This document shows positions 8,421 through 18,033 of a stretch of 64,000 bases of DNA, one piece after another (position 1 is the stretch's first letter; the number at the start of each line of letters is the position of its first letter). A program made the position numbers and the translations under genes. The stretch is from an uncultured Acidobacteriaceae bacterium (GTDB lineage Bacteria; Acidobacteriota; Terriglobia; Terriglobales; Acidobacteriaceae). The DNA lies in NCBI GenBank assembly GCA_963836525.1, contig CAWIJW010000005.1, positions 25,669 to 89,668 of the forward strand, given 5' to 3'. The notes below the pieces were generated by a model that saw only the letters and a list, made by a program, of their open reading frames with translations, was not told the DNA's origin and searched no databases.

Positions 8421-9689
8421 ATGGATATTGCACGCCCTGATCTATTGCGAAAGAGGAAGCGCCGGATCATGATCTGGTCCGGTGCCGCGGTGGTAGTTGT
8501 TGCGGCACTTGCAGTAGCCGTCCTCCACCTGAAACCAGCCGCACCCGATGTGGATCGCTCCACCATCTGGACGGACACGGTCAAGCGCGGCCCGCTTGTC
8601 CGCCAAGTGCGTGGCTCCACCGGCACCCTGGTTCCGCGCGAAGACTCGATCGAGCTAATCCCCGCGCAGACCGACGCAACAGTCGTTCGCATACGCGTCT
8701 TGCCCGGCGCCCAGGTGACTCCGAATACGATCATCATGGATCTGGCCGATCCGCAACTCCAGCAGGAAGTGCTCAACGCGCAGTTGGCGCTCAAGGCCGC
8801 ACAAGCGGACTACAAGAGTCTCCAGGCCACGCTAGAAAGCACGTTGATGGACAAAAAGACCGCGGCCGCGCAGGTGAATGCCGACTATACGCAGGACCAG
8901 TTGCAGGCGCAGACCGACAAGGCGCTTTACGACCTCGGGGTCATCTCCGGCCTCGCCTATCAGAAGTCAAGGAGCACGGCCGACCAGTTGACCACGCAGC
9001 ACCAGCTGAGCCAGGAGCAGCTCGATGTGAACCAGAAGGCCATCGAGATCCAGCTGGCTTCACAGAAGACCAAAATCGACCAGGCCCAGGCGTTGCTCGA
9101 TCTCTATCAGAGGCAGGCGCAAGCGCTTCAGGTCAGGTCCAGTATTTCGGGCGCGCTGGCGCCGCTGGCGACTCCCGTGCAGGTGGGCGAGCATGTGACA
9201 GCGGGAACATCGGTGGCCGAGGTGATCCAGCGCGACAAACTCAAAGCCGCACTCCAGATCGCCGAGACGCAGGCCCGTGACATTCAAATCGGTCAGCCAG
9301 CCTCAATCGACACGCATAACGGCATTATTCCCGGCCACGTCACCAGAATCGATCCATCGGTCGTGAACGGAACGCGCACGGTTGACGTAGATCTAGATGG
9401 GCCGCTGCCGCCGGGAGCGGTGCCGCAATTAAGCGTGGATGGAACCATCGATCTGGAGCGGATGAGCGATGTGCTTTACGTCGGCCGGCCGGCCCTGGGC
9501 AATGAGAACTCCACGCTGAGTCTGTTCAAGCTCGACCCGGAGGGCAAGACTGCGACGCGTGTGCCGGTCAAGGTGGGCCGCGCGTCGGTGAACAACGTTC
9601 AGATACTGGAAGGACTAAAGGAAGGCGACACGGTAATCCTCTCGGATATGTCGCGCTGGGACAACGTGGACCGCATCCACCTGGAATAG
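8421..9689 (+). CDS. Periplasmic adaptor (membrane fusion protein, HlyD/MacA-like)
   Basis: N-terminal basic patch plus TM (RKRKRRIMIWSGAAVVVV), TVKRGPLVRQVRG, lipoyl/hairpin organisation, and C-terminal GLKEGDTVILSD. Confidence 0.9.
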   Translation: MDIARPDLLRKRKRRIMIWSGAAVVVVAALAVAVLHLKPAAPDVDRSTIWTDTVKRGPLVRQVRGSTGTLVPREDSIELIPAQTDATVVRIRVLPGAQVTPNTIIMDLADPQLQQEVLNAQLALKAAQADYKSLQATLESTLMDKKTAAAQVNADYTQDQLQAQTDKALYDLGVISGLAYQKSRSTADQLTTQHQLSQEQLDVNQKAIEIQLASQKTKIDQAQALLDLYQRQAQALQVRSSISGALAPLATPVQVGEHVTAGTSVAEVIQRDKLKAALQIAETQARDIQIGQPASIDTHNGIIPGHVTRIDPSVVNGTRTVDVDLDGPLPPGAVPQLSVDGTIDLERMSDVLYVGRPALGNENSTLSLFKLDPEGKTATRVPVKVGRASVNNVQILEGLKEGDTVILSDMSRWDNVDRIHLE

Positions 9690-9789
9690 GCAATACGCAC
9701 CAGGGAGTATGGAATCGGGAAGAGGAACCCGAGATCGACAGAGACTGCTGACAAATGATCACCGGTAACTGATCACGGATAACCGACAA
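9687..9789 (+). repeat. Degenerate heptamer tandem repeats (STRR-like) in the adaptor-ATPase spacer
   Basis: 7-nt register TAGGCAA TACGCAC CAGGGAG TATGGAA TCGGGAA (from 9687), then CTGACAA ATGATCA CCGGTAA CTGATCA CGGATAA CCGACAA (9748-9789). Confidence 0.55.
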
Positions 9790-9799
9790 GGGGGATCGA

Positions 9800-10522
9800 A
9801 TGGAATCCAACGGTACGTTGATTGAAATCGAGGACCTGACCAAGATCTTCTACACGGACGAAGTGGAGACGCACGCGCTTTCCGGCGTTCACCTGACTAT
9901 CGCGCGCGGTGAGTATGTGGCCATATCCGGCCCCTCGGGTTGCGGCAAGTCCACGCTGCTCTCCATTCTCGGCTTGCTCGACACGCCCACCGCGGGCCGG
10001 TATCTGCTCAACGGCAGTCCGGTCGAGAGCCTGAACTTCGGCGACCGGTCACGCATCCGCAACCAGGAGATCGGCTTCATCTTCCAGAGCTTCAATCTCA
10101 TCGGCGATCTTACAGTCGAGGAGAATGTCGAGCTGCCTCTCACCTATCGCGCAGGCATGCCATCGGCAGAACGCAAGAAGCGTATGAAAGAAGCGCTAGA
10201 GCGCGTCAACATGGCACACCGCATGCGGCACTATCCGGCACAACTGTCCGGAGGCCAGCAGCAGCGCGTCGCCGTGGCCCGCGCCCTGGCCGGTTCGCCG
10301 TCGATTCTGCTTGCCGATGAGCCCACGGGCAACCTGGACTCGAAAAACGGCGAAGCCGTTATGCACTTGCTTGCCGAACTGCATCGGGAAGGCTCGACGA
10401 TCTGCATGGTCACCCATGATCCTCGCTTTGCCAAGCACTCCGAGCGCGAGGTGCATCTGTTCGACGGAAAGGTGGTATCGGAAGATGAGCGCAAGAAGCT
10501 CGAGGCAGAAGCGGAGGCGTAG
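9800..10522 (+). CDS. ABC ATP-binding protein (MacB/LolD-type), ATPase 1
   Basis: Walker A GPSGCGKS, Q-loop FIFQSFNL, signature LSGGQQQRV, Walker B LLADEPTGNLD, H-loop VTHD. Confidence 0.96.
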   Translation: MESNGTLIEIEDLTKIFYTDEVETHALSGVHLTIARGEYVAISGPSGCGKSTLLSILGLLDTPTAGRYLLNGSPVESLNFGDRSRIRNQEIGFIFQSFNLIGDLTVEENVELPLTYRAGMPSAERKKRMKEALERVNMAHRMRHYPAQLSGGQQQRVAVARALAGSPSILLADEPTGNLDSKNGEAVMHLLAELHREGSTICMVTHDPRFAKHSEREVHLFDGKVVSEDERKKLEAEAEA

Positions 10523-10524
10523 CC

Positions 10525-12972
10525 ATGCTTTTCCAGGATTTGCTCCGCGACCTGCGCTACGCGCTGCGCCAGTTGCGCAAATCGCCGGGGTTCACTGTCG
10601 CGGCGGTGATCACGCTCGCTTTCGGCATCGGGGCCAATAGCACAATTCTCAGCTGGATTAACGCCACGCTCTTCGATCCCATACCCGGCGCGGCCCACAC
10701 GGAGAACATGATCACGATCCAGCGCGGCGAGCGAAGCGAGCACGCCTCGCCTCCGCTGTCCTATGACGACTACGTCGACCTGCGCAACGGCACGACGACG
10801 CTCTCGGGCCTACTCGGCTATCACGACGACTTCATGGCCATCACCGGCAATGGCAAGCCGGAGCGTATCTATGGCGCGCTGACCACCGCGAACTATTTCG
10901 AGATGCTGGGGGTAAAACCCATTCTGGGCCGATCGCTGAGTGACGCTGCGGCCAATGAACGTACCGGGGCCGCGGAAGTCGTGCTTGGCTACGACCTCTG
11001 GCAGCATCGCTTCGGGGGCGACCCGTCGGTTGCTGGCAAGACCATCGAGATTAATCGTCATACCTTCACGATCGTGGGCGTCGCCCCGCGCGGCTTCGTC
11101 GGTTGCAAGAGCGGGCTGCGGACGGACGTCTGGCTGCCGCTCGGCATGGTCACGCAAGTATGGAACTGGGAACCGATCAATAACCGCGGCGTCTCGTGGT
11201 TGAACGTGTTGGGAGTGCTGCGGCACGGCGTGAGCCGGCAGCAGGCGGACCAAGAGTTGAACCTGCTGATGCAGCGCATTGTGGACCGCTACCCGGAATC
11301 GCACCGGGACGACAACCGGCTCTCCACGGACCCGCTGTGGCGGTCGCCGTTTGGCGCCAACGTCTATCTGGCGGGCACTCTCACCATCCTGCTCGCCTTG
11401 GCAGCGGTGCTGCTTCTGCTTGCCTGCGCCAACGTGGCCAACCTGCTACTGGTGCGGGTCGTTACGCGCCGCCGCGAAGTTGCAATACGGCTATCGATGG
11501 GCGCTAGCCGTTGGCAACTTTTCCGCCATCTCATGGTCGAGAATCTCCTACTCGCGGCGGGCGGATGCACTCTCGCGCTGGCAGTTACTTCCTGGACCGC
11601 ACGGATGCTGGCTTCCTTCATTCCGGTCATTACGCTACCGCTGAATATCAATGGCCGGCTGGACGGCCGAGTGGTCGTGACGACGATGGCTGTCTCCGTG
11701 TTGACCGCCCTGCTGGCCGGCGTGCCGCCCACGCTGCGCGCATCCGCCTTGTCTCCAGTCACCGCGCTGAAGGACGAAACGCTCAGCACTTCTGGCGGGC
11801 TCCGCAAGTCACGGCTTACCTCAAGCCTGGTGGTGCTTCAAGTCGCGCTCTCACTGGTACTTCTTACCTGCGCTGCCCTCTTTTTCCGCAGCCTCCAGAA
11901 GGCGCAGAGCCTCGATCCCGGCTTCGATCCCGATCATGTTTACCTCGCCTCATTCGATCTGAGCCCGCTGAACTACTCCGATGCGCAGGCGCTGGAGTTC
12001 CAACGCCAGGTCCTGGCGCGCGTAAGCGCTCTGCCGGGCGTGCAAGCTGCAACGCTGGCCGACTTCTCGCCCCTGAACTTCAGCATTCACTCCTCGGGTG
12101 TCATGCCAGAAGGCTACGTCCCGCGCCCGCATGAGTCTGTGGAAGCCGACAGGGGAACGGTGTCGACCCAGTATCTCGAGACGATGCGCACGCCGCTCGT
12201 AGCGGGCCGCGAGTTCAGCTCTTCGGATACGGACGGTTCGCAGCCGGTCCTGATGGTCAACCAGGCCCTGGTCGATCGCTTCTGGCCGGGCCAGGACGCG
12301 GTCGGCAAGCACATCCAGGTTGGCCGCACAAACTACACAGTCGTGGGCGTCACGGGCAACGCAAAATACCGGCGACTGGTCTACGATCCGGCTCCGCTGG
12401 TTCTTTTCCCGCTGACGCAGCGATACGAAAACGAGGAATTGATTCTTCACGTGCGCGTGGCCGGCGATCCGATGGCCTATGCGTCGGCAGTCGAGCGGAC
12501 CATCCACTCCCTCAATCCGGATTTGCCGTTGTACGGTGTCACCACACTCAAGTCGAGCATGCAGATGGGCAGCGTCTTTCAGCGCATCGGTGTGGTCTTC
12601 GCGGGCTCGTTCGGCGTGCTGGCCATGATCCTGGCCGCCGTGGGCCTGTATGGCGTGATCTCCTACACCACCCGGCAGCGCACGCACGAGATCGGTATCC
12701 GCATGGCGCTCGGCGCCAGTCGCAGTGACGTTTCCGGGCAGGTCCTACGACAGGGACTTCGCCTCACGCTGGCGGGACTCGGCGCCGGTTTCGTAGCCTC
12801 GCTGATCTTTGCTCGTTTTCTGCGCGGAGTGCTTTTCGGAATCGGGTCGAACGATGGGCTGACCTTCGCGCTGGTTCCAACCGTGCTGCTGCTGGTTGCG
12901 CTGGCTGCCTGTTATCTGCCCGCGCGGCGCGCCGCATCGGTTGAACCTGCGGAGGCTCTACGAATCGAGTAA
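10525..12972 (+). CDS. ADOP-type duplicated ABC permease, copy 2
   Basis: DLRYALRQLRKSPGFT, LLLACANVANL, RTHEIGIRMALGA, PARRAASVEP..LRIE; 815 aa. Confidence 0.95.
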   Translation: MLFQDLLRDLRYALRQLRKSPGFTVAAVITLAFGIGANSTILSWINATLFDPIPGAAHTENMITIQRGERSEHASPPLSYDDYVDLRNGTTTLSGLLGYHDDFMAITGNGKPERIYGALTTANYFEMLGVKPILGRSLSDAAANERTGAAEVVLGYDLWQHRFGGDPSVAGKTIEINRHTFTIVGVAPRGFVGCKSGLRTDVWLPLGMVTQVWNWEPINNRGVSWLNVLGVLRHGVSRQQADQELNLLMQRIVDRYPESHRDDNRLSTDPLWRSPFGANVYLAGTLTILLALAAVLLLLACANVANLLLVRVVTRRREVAIRLSMGASRWQLFRHLMVENLLLAAGGCTLALAVTSWTARMLASFIPVITLPLNINGRLDGRVVVTTMAVSVLTALLAGVPPTLRASALSPVTALKDETLSTSGGLRKSRLTSSLVVLQVALSLVLLTCAALFFRSLQKAQSLDPGFDPDHVYLASFDLSPLNYSDAQALEFQRQVLARVSALPGVQAATLADFSPLNFSIHSSGVMPEGYVPRPHESVEADRGTVSTQYLETMRTPLVAGREFSSSDTDGSQPVLMVNQALVDRFWPGQDAVGKHIQVGRTNYTVVGVTGNAKYRRLVYDPAPLVLFPLTQRYENEELILHVRVAGDPMAYASAVERTIHSLNPDLPLYGVTTLKSSMQMGSVFQRIGVVFAGSFGVLAMILAAVGLYGVISYTTRQRTHEIGIRMALGASRSDVSGQVLRQGLRLTLAGLGAGFVASLIFARFLRGVLFGIGSNDGLTFALVPTVLLLVALAACYLPARRAASVEPAEALRIE

Positions 12973-13002
12973 GAGGAGTCCCGCACGGCAAGGAGACATG
13001 GA

Positions 13003-15492
13003 ATGAGCAATCTCTGGCACGATATCCGCTACGCGCTGCGCCAGTTGCGCAAGTCGCCCGGATTCACGTTTGTGGCCATCATTACGCTGGCGCTGGGACT
13101 CACCGTCAACGCCACCATCTTCTTCATGATCAACAACTGGTTTCTGCGGCCATTGCCGGCAGCGGACCCAGGAAAGTTGGTGATGATTACACAGAAGATA
13201 CCTCAGTCGCCGATTCTGCTTCAGGCTTCGTATCCGGACTTTCTAGACTTTCAGCGCTCTGCCGAGGGAGGCAGCCATGATTTTCCGGAGATGGCGAAGG
13301 CTTTCTCCGGAATCATGGCCTATCTGGAGTCGTCAGTCCAGATGAGCCGCCCGGGCGAAGCCGCCGAAAGAACCTATGTGCATGTGGTCAGCGGCAACTA
13401 CTTTACGGTGCTGGGCGCGCAGCCGATGCTGGGTCGGCTTTTTCTGCCCGATGAGGGCCGCACAGCAGGCGCGGATGCCATCATCGTTCTTACTTACGAC
13501 ACATGGAAGAACCGCTTTGCCGCCGACCCGCATATTATCGGCCAACTGGTGAAGATCAACGGCCTGCCCTTTACCGTGGTTGGCGTCACGCAGCCCAAAT
13601 TCGTGGGCGCGAGCTGGGGCACGGCGCTGAGCGGATTTGTGCCGATTTCGATGCTGCCGCTGATGAATCCCGGAGGCAACGAAGTCTTCACCAATCGAGG
13701 CTACTTATCGGTATCCATGATGGGCCGCTTGCAGCAGGGCGCCAGCCTTGCGCAAGCCCGTGCCGCGACCTCACTTGTGATGGCGCGTCTTCTCAAGGAT
13801 TATCCTGTATTTCACCCGCCGGCCGAAGCCGCCGTGGTTCTGCGCGAATCGATGTGCCGGCCTACTCCCTTTGTGGCCAACTTCATGCCGCTGGTTGCCG
13901 GCGCGCTGATGATCCTGGCGCTGCTGGTGCTGGCGATCACGATGGCGAATGTGGCCAATCTGCTCTATGCGCGCACCGCCGACCGCGAGCGGGAGGTGGC
14001 GATTCGCGGCGCTCTGGGCGCCACGCGCTGGCGGCTGCTGCGCCAGTTGCTCGCCGAGAGCACGTTGTTGGCGCTCGCCGCCGGAGCCATCGGCGCAATG
14101 GCCGCCATCACCGTTATTCAATTGCTCGGCAAGATGTCCGTTCCCGGCGACTTTGCGCCCCGGGCCAACACCGGAACCGACTGGCGCTTGTTTGTCTTCA
14201 CCTTTGTCGCCTCGTTGGCCACGGGCATCCTTACGGGTCTGCACCCCGCACTGAAGGCGACCCGGCTGGAGATTTTGCCATTGCTGAAGAACTCGCCTTC
14301 CGCCGCTGGAACCCGCCATCGGCTGCGCAGCTTGTTGGTGATTGCCCAGGTGGCATTCTCGTGCGTGGTGCTGATTTGCGCCGGATTGGCCGCGCGCAGC
14401 GTGCAAAAACTCGCGCAGATCAATCTCGGCTTTCGCCCGGATCACATCTTTCTCGCCACGGTCGATCCTTCGTTGCAACGCTACAGCGATGAGCGCAGCC
14501 GGCAATTTCAAGCGCAGTTGCTCGATAAGCTCCGCGCCCTGCCCGGCGTCACCAGCGCCAGCCTCGCCACGCATCTTCCTCTTGATATGGGAGGCGGTAT
14601 GCGCGCCGGCGTCTGGCCAGAGGGTCAAACCCCGTCCGAGATCCAGAAGTTTTTAACCGTTGTTTGTACATCTGTCGAACATGGCTATCTTGCAACCCTG
14701 GGCACACGCGTTCTTGCAGGCCGCGATTTTACCGCGCACGACAATGAGGCCGCGCCGCGCGTGGTCATCATCAATCGAACGCTTGCTCAGCAGTTGTGGC
14801 CCAACTCCGACCCTGTTGGGAAGCGCCTGGTACTCCAGGGAGACACGATGCAGGTCGTCGGCGTCGTCGGCGAGATGCGCTACTATGCGATGGCCGACAC
14901 CAATCGCCCGCTGATCTTTTATCCGCTAGCGCAGCATTTTCAGCAAGGCGTCACCATCGTTGTGCGCACAAGAATGGACCCGCTCGAAATCACCGCGTCG
15001 GTCAAGCAAGCCGTCGCCCAGTTGGACCCCGAGATGCCGGTCTACAACATTCGCTCCCTCGATCAGCAGATCGTCAGCAGTCCGCTGGGCATGTTTCCGA
15101 TGCGCATGGGCACCATCATCGCGGGCGGCCAGGGCCTCATTGCACTCTTCCTCGCCACCCTGGGCCTCTACGGATTGATCTCTTACTCCGTCAAGCAGCG
15201 CACGCATGAGATCGGCATTCGCATCGCCCTCGGCGCTTCGCGCGGCAAAGCGCTTCGCATTCTCATGAAACAGGGCTTGCGGCTGGTTCTCATCGGTCTC
15301 GCTCTGGGATTAGCGGCCGCCTTTTCAGTGACCCGCGTGCTCTCCAGCGTGCTCTACGGCGTCAAGGCCACGGACCTGCTCACCTTTGGCGGCGTCTCGC
15401 TGCTGCTGGCCGGCGTAGCCGTCTTGGCCAGCTACATCCCCGCTCGCCGCGCGGCTTCCATTGACCCCATGCAGGCGCTGCGCGCCGAATAA
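13003..15492 (+). CDS. ADOP-type duplicated ABC permease, copy 3
   Basis: DIRYALRQLRKSPGFT, ANVANLL, RTHEIGIRIALGA, PARRAASIDPMQALRAE; 829 aa. Confidence 0.95.
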   Translation: MSNLWHDIRYALRQLRKSPGFTFVAIITLALGLTVNATIFFMINNWFLRPLPAADPGKLVMITQKIPQSPILLQASYPDFLDFQRSAEGGSHDFPEMAKAFSGIMAYLESSVQMSRPGEAAERTYVHVVSGNYFTVLGAQPMLGRLFLPDEGRTAGADAIIVLTYDTWKNRFAADPHIIGQLVKINGLPFTVVGVTQPKFVGASWGTALSGFVPISMLPLMNPGGNEVFTNRGYLSVSMMGRLQQGASLAQARAATSLVMARLLKDYPVFHPPAEAAVVLRESMCRPTPFVANFMPLVAGALMILALLVLAITMANVANLLYARTADREREVAIRGALGATRWRLLRQLLAESTLLALAAGAIGAMAAITVIQLLGKMSVPGDFAPRANTGTDWRLFVFTFVASLATGILTGLHPALKATRLEILPLLKNSPSAAGTRHRLRSLLVIAQVAFSCVVLICAGLAARSVQKLAQINLGFRPDHIFLATVDPSLQRYSDERSRQFQAQLLDKLRALPGVTSASLATHLPLDMGGGMRAGVWPEGQTPSEIQKFLTVVCTSVEHGYLATLGTRVLAGRDFTAHDNEAAPRVVIINRTLAQQLWPNSDPVGKRLVLQGDTMQVVGVVGEMRYYAMADTNRPLIFYPLAQHFQQGVTIVVRTRMDPLEITASVKQAVAQLDPEMPVYNIRSLDQQIVSSPLGMFPMRMGTIIAGGQGLIALFLATLGLYGLISYSVKQRTHEIGIRIALGASRGKALRILMKQGLRLVLIGLALGLAAAFSVTRVLSSVLYGVKATDLLTFGGVSLLLAGVAVLASYIPARRAASIDPMQALRAE

Positions 15493-15515
15493 CGCGCTAT
15501 CGAGGAGAAACGAAT

Positions 15516-17999
15516 ATGAACACGCTGCTTCAGGACATTCGCTACTCACTACGCCAGTTGCGCAAGTCGCCTGGGTTCACACTCACTGCCGTGCTGACAC
15601 TGGCCTTTGGCATAGGCACCACCACCGCCATCTTCTCCATCGTCGAGGGTGTTCTAATGCGGCCTTTGCCTTTTCCTGAACCGGACCGGCTAGTGATTTT
15701 GGGAAATATCCCTGAGGGAGTGCCCCTCGACGGAGGCGCCCCTCGTGTCACGGCTCCGGCGGTGGGCATTTATTCGCGTGCGACAAATGTCTTTTCTGCG
15801 ATGGGTGCATACCGACAGGTTGGGTTCGAGCTGTCGGGCCAGGGAGAGCCGGCGGCGATCAGCGCGGCACGAATGAACGCAACGGTCTTCCAGGTGCTCG
15901 GCGTCGCACCCCTGATGGGGCGAACTTTCACGCAGCGCGAGGATGACGAGAGCCAACAAGTCGCGGTGATCAGCTACCAGATGTGGCGCGACCGCTTCTC
16001 CGGTGATGCGAACGTTCTGGGGAAAAAGCTTCTGCTCGACCGCAGAACCTACGAGATCATCGGCGTCATGCCGCGCACATTTGAGTTCCCGCTGGTTCCC
16101 GGGCAGCTGAACCGCAGTGAGCTGTGGGTTCCCATGAGCTTTACACAAGGCGAGCTTGTGAACCAGTCCGGAAGCTGGAACTACTTTTTGCTGGGGCGGT
16201 TGAAGCCGGATGTGACGGCGGAACAGGCCCGGCAGAATATGGAGCCGGCGGGGCCGGAGATCGTGCAGCGCCTGCCCTCGGTCATCCAATCGATGCGCAT
16301 TCACGCGCGGGTAGAGAGCCTGATGGACGCGACCGTGGCCCAGGCCAGGCCGCTCGTGCGCATGCTCTTTCTCGCCGTGGCCGTGGTGCTCATCATTGCC
16401 TGCGCCAACCTTGCGGCTCTGCTGTTGGTTCGGGTCATTCGCCGCCGTCACGAAACCGCGGTGCGAATGGCTATGGGGGCAAGCACGACGAGGATACTCT
16501 ACGAGAACCTCCTCGAGTCTCTTTCCTTCAGCCTGGCGGGCGGCCTGGGCGGCCTCGTTCTGGCATGGGCCGCTCTCCGCGTCGGCACTCGCTTTCTTCC
16601 CGAGACTCTGCCTCGTGTCAGCGCCATCTCGCTTGATTACGGGGTTGTCGGGTTCGCATTTCTGCTGGTCTTGCTTACGGGCCTGATTTGCGGCGCCCTT
16701 CCGGCGGTTGCCGCGGCGCGGACCAGCGTGAATGACCACCTGAAGGAAGGCGGCCGAACGGATACGCCGGCCGGCAGCCAGGCTCGGCTGCGGTCGGTTC
16801 TCGTGGTTTGTGAACTCGCAGCAGCGCTTGTGCTTCTCACCGGGGCCGGCCTGCTGCTGCGCAGCTTTGAAAAGCTCCGCGAGGTCGATCTCGGCTTCAG
16901 CACGGACCACACGATGACGGCGTTCTTCGGGCTGCCCGGCCGGCAATACTCCAGCCAGGCCGCGGTGGACGTCTTCGACCAGACACTGTTGCAGAAGCTG
17001 AGAGCATTGCCGGGTGTCGAGGCGGTCGGGGTCACTACAGCACTGCCCGGCGGAGGCGCGGATAATACGACATTCGTTCCGGAGGGCTACGTTCCGCCTT
17101 CGGGAGCCGGCCTCAATCTGGCCTGGAACGGCCGGGTCATCGGCGACTACTTCCAGGCCGCGGGCATTCCTCTGCTGCGGGGGCGCTACTTCCGCGACGC
17201 CGACGCGGCCAGTGCTCCGTTGGTGGTAATCGTGAACCGCACTCTGGCCGAAAAGTACTGGCCCAATCAGGACCCAATCGGAAAGCGGCTCTACATCGGC
17301 GTGGCAGGGTCGCCGATGCCCTGGCAAACGGTTGTCGGAGAGGTGGGCGACATCAAGCAAAGCGGTGCCGATCAAGACACGCTGCCTCAGTTCTACCAGC
17401 CGGCGTCCCAGCTCAAACCCTCCATCGGCAAGTTTGCCCCTCCCAACATGCTGTACGGCAATTACGGCACGGTTGTGTTGCGCGGCACGTTGCCTCCGCA
17501 GCAGATGGCTGTGGGCCTTCGCTCTGTCGTCCACTCGCTTGACCCGCAGTTGCCGCTCATTCATGTTGCAACCATGGAGCAACTGGTCGAGGAGGGTCAG
17601 GGATCGCGCCGTTTCAACACCGTGCTGATCTCGACGTTCGCCGGCGCGGCCGCGCTGCTGGCGCTGCTCGGCATCTACAGCGTCATTGCATTCGCCACAG
17701 CGCAGCGCACCCACGAGCTCGCCATTCGCATGGCGCTGGGCAGTCGACGATCAAGCATCGTACGTCTCATCCTGGTATCCGGCGGCAGGTTGGGTCTTGC
17801 CGGCTGTGTTCTGGGCGGGGTCGGAGCCTTCTTCGCCACACGACTGCTGCGCTCGATGCTCTTTCAGGTTGATGCGCTGGACCCGGCAGTGATCGCGCTC
17901 GCGATGCTTTCCATTCTGGCGTTGGCGCTGGCGGCGTCGCTTGTTCCCGCCCGCCGCGCCGCATCCATCGAACCCATGCAGGCCCTGAGAACCGAGTAA
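15516..17999 (+). CDS. ADOP-type duplicated ABC permease, copy 4
   Basis: DIRYSLRQLRKSPGFT, IIACANLAAL, RTHELAIRMALG, PARRAASIEPMQALRTE; 827 aa. Confidence 0.95.
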   Translation: MNTLLQDIRYSLRQLRKSPGFTLTAVLTLAFGIGTTTAIFSIVEGVLMRPLPFPEPDRLVILGNIPEGVPLDGGAPRVTAPAVGIYSRATNVFSAMGAYRQVGFELSGQGEPAAISAARMNATVFQVLGVAPLMGRTFTQREDDESQQVAVISYQMWRDRFSGDANVLGKKLLLDRRTYEIIGVMPRTFEFPLVPGQLNRSELWVPMSFTQGELVNQSGSWNYFLLGRLKPDVTAEQARQNMEPAGPEIVQRLPSVIQSMRIHARVESLMDATVAQARPLVRMLFLAVAVVLIIACANLAALLLVRVIRRRHETAVRMAMGASTTRILYENLLESLSFSLAGGLGGLVLAWAALRVGTRFLPETLPRVSAISLDYGVVGFAFLLVLLTGLICGALPAVAAARTSVNDHLKEGGRTDTPAGSQARLRSVLVVCELAAALVLLTGAGLLLRSFEKLREVDLGFSTDHTMTAFFGLPGRQYSSQAAVDVFDQTLLQKLRALPGVEAVGVTTALPGGGADNTTFVPEGYVPPSGAGLNLAWNGRVIGDYFQAAGIPLLRGRYFRDADAASAPLVVIVNRTLAEKYWPNQDPIGKRLYIGVAGSPMPWQTVVGEVGDIKQSGADQDTLPQFYQPASQLKPSIGKFAPPNMLYGNYGTVVLRGTLPPQQMAVGLRSVVHSLDPQLPLIHVATMEQLVEEGQGSRRFNTVLISTFAGAAALLALLGIYSVIAFATAQRTHELAIRMALGSRRSSIVRLILVSGGRLGLAGCVLGGVGAFFATRLLRSMLFQVDALDPAVIALAMLSILALALAASLVPARRAASIEPMQALRTE

Positions 18000-18033
18000 A
18001 TCACGCCGAAAACCAAAACGGAGAAGATACGTG

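Noticed and set aside
13015-13031. Sigma54-like TGGCACGATATCCGCT at the 5' end of permease 3 (similar at copies 5 and 7)
   Set aside because: It is inside the CDS and fully explained by W-H/Y-D-x-R-Y codons.
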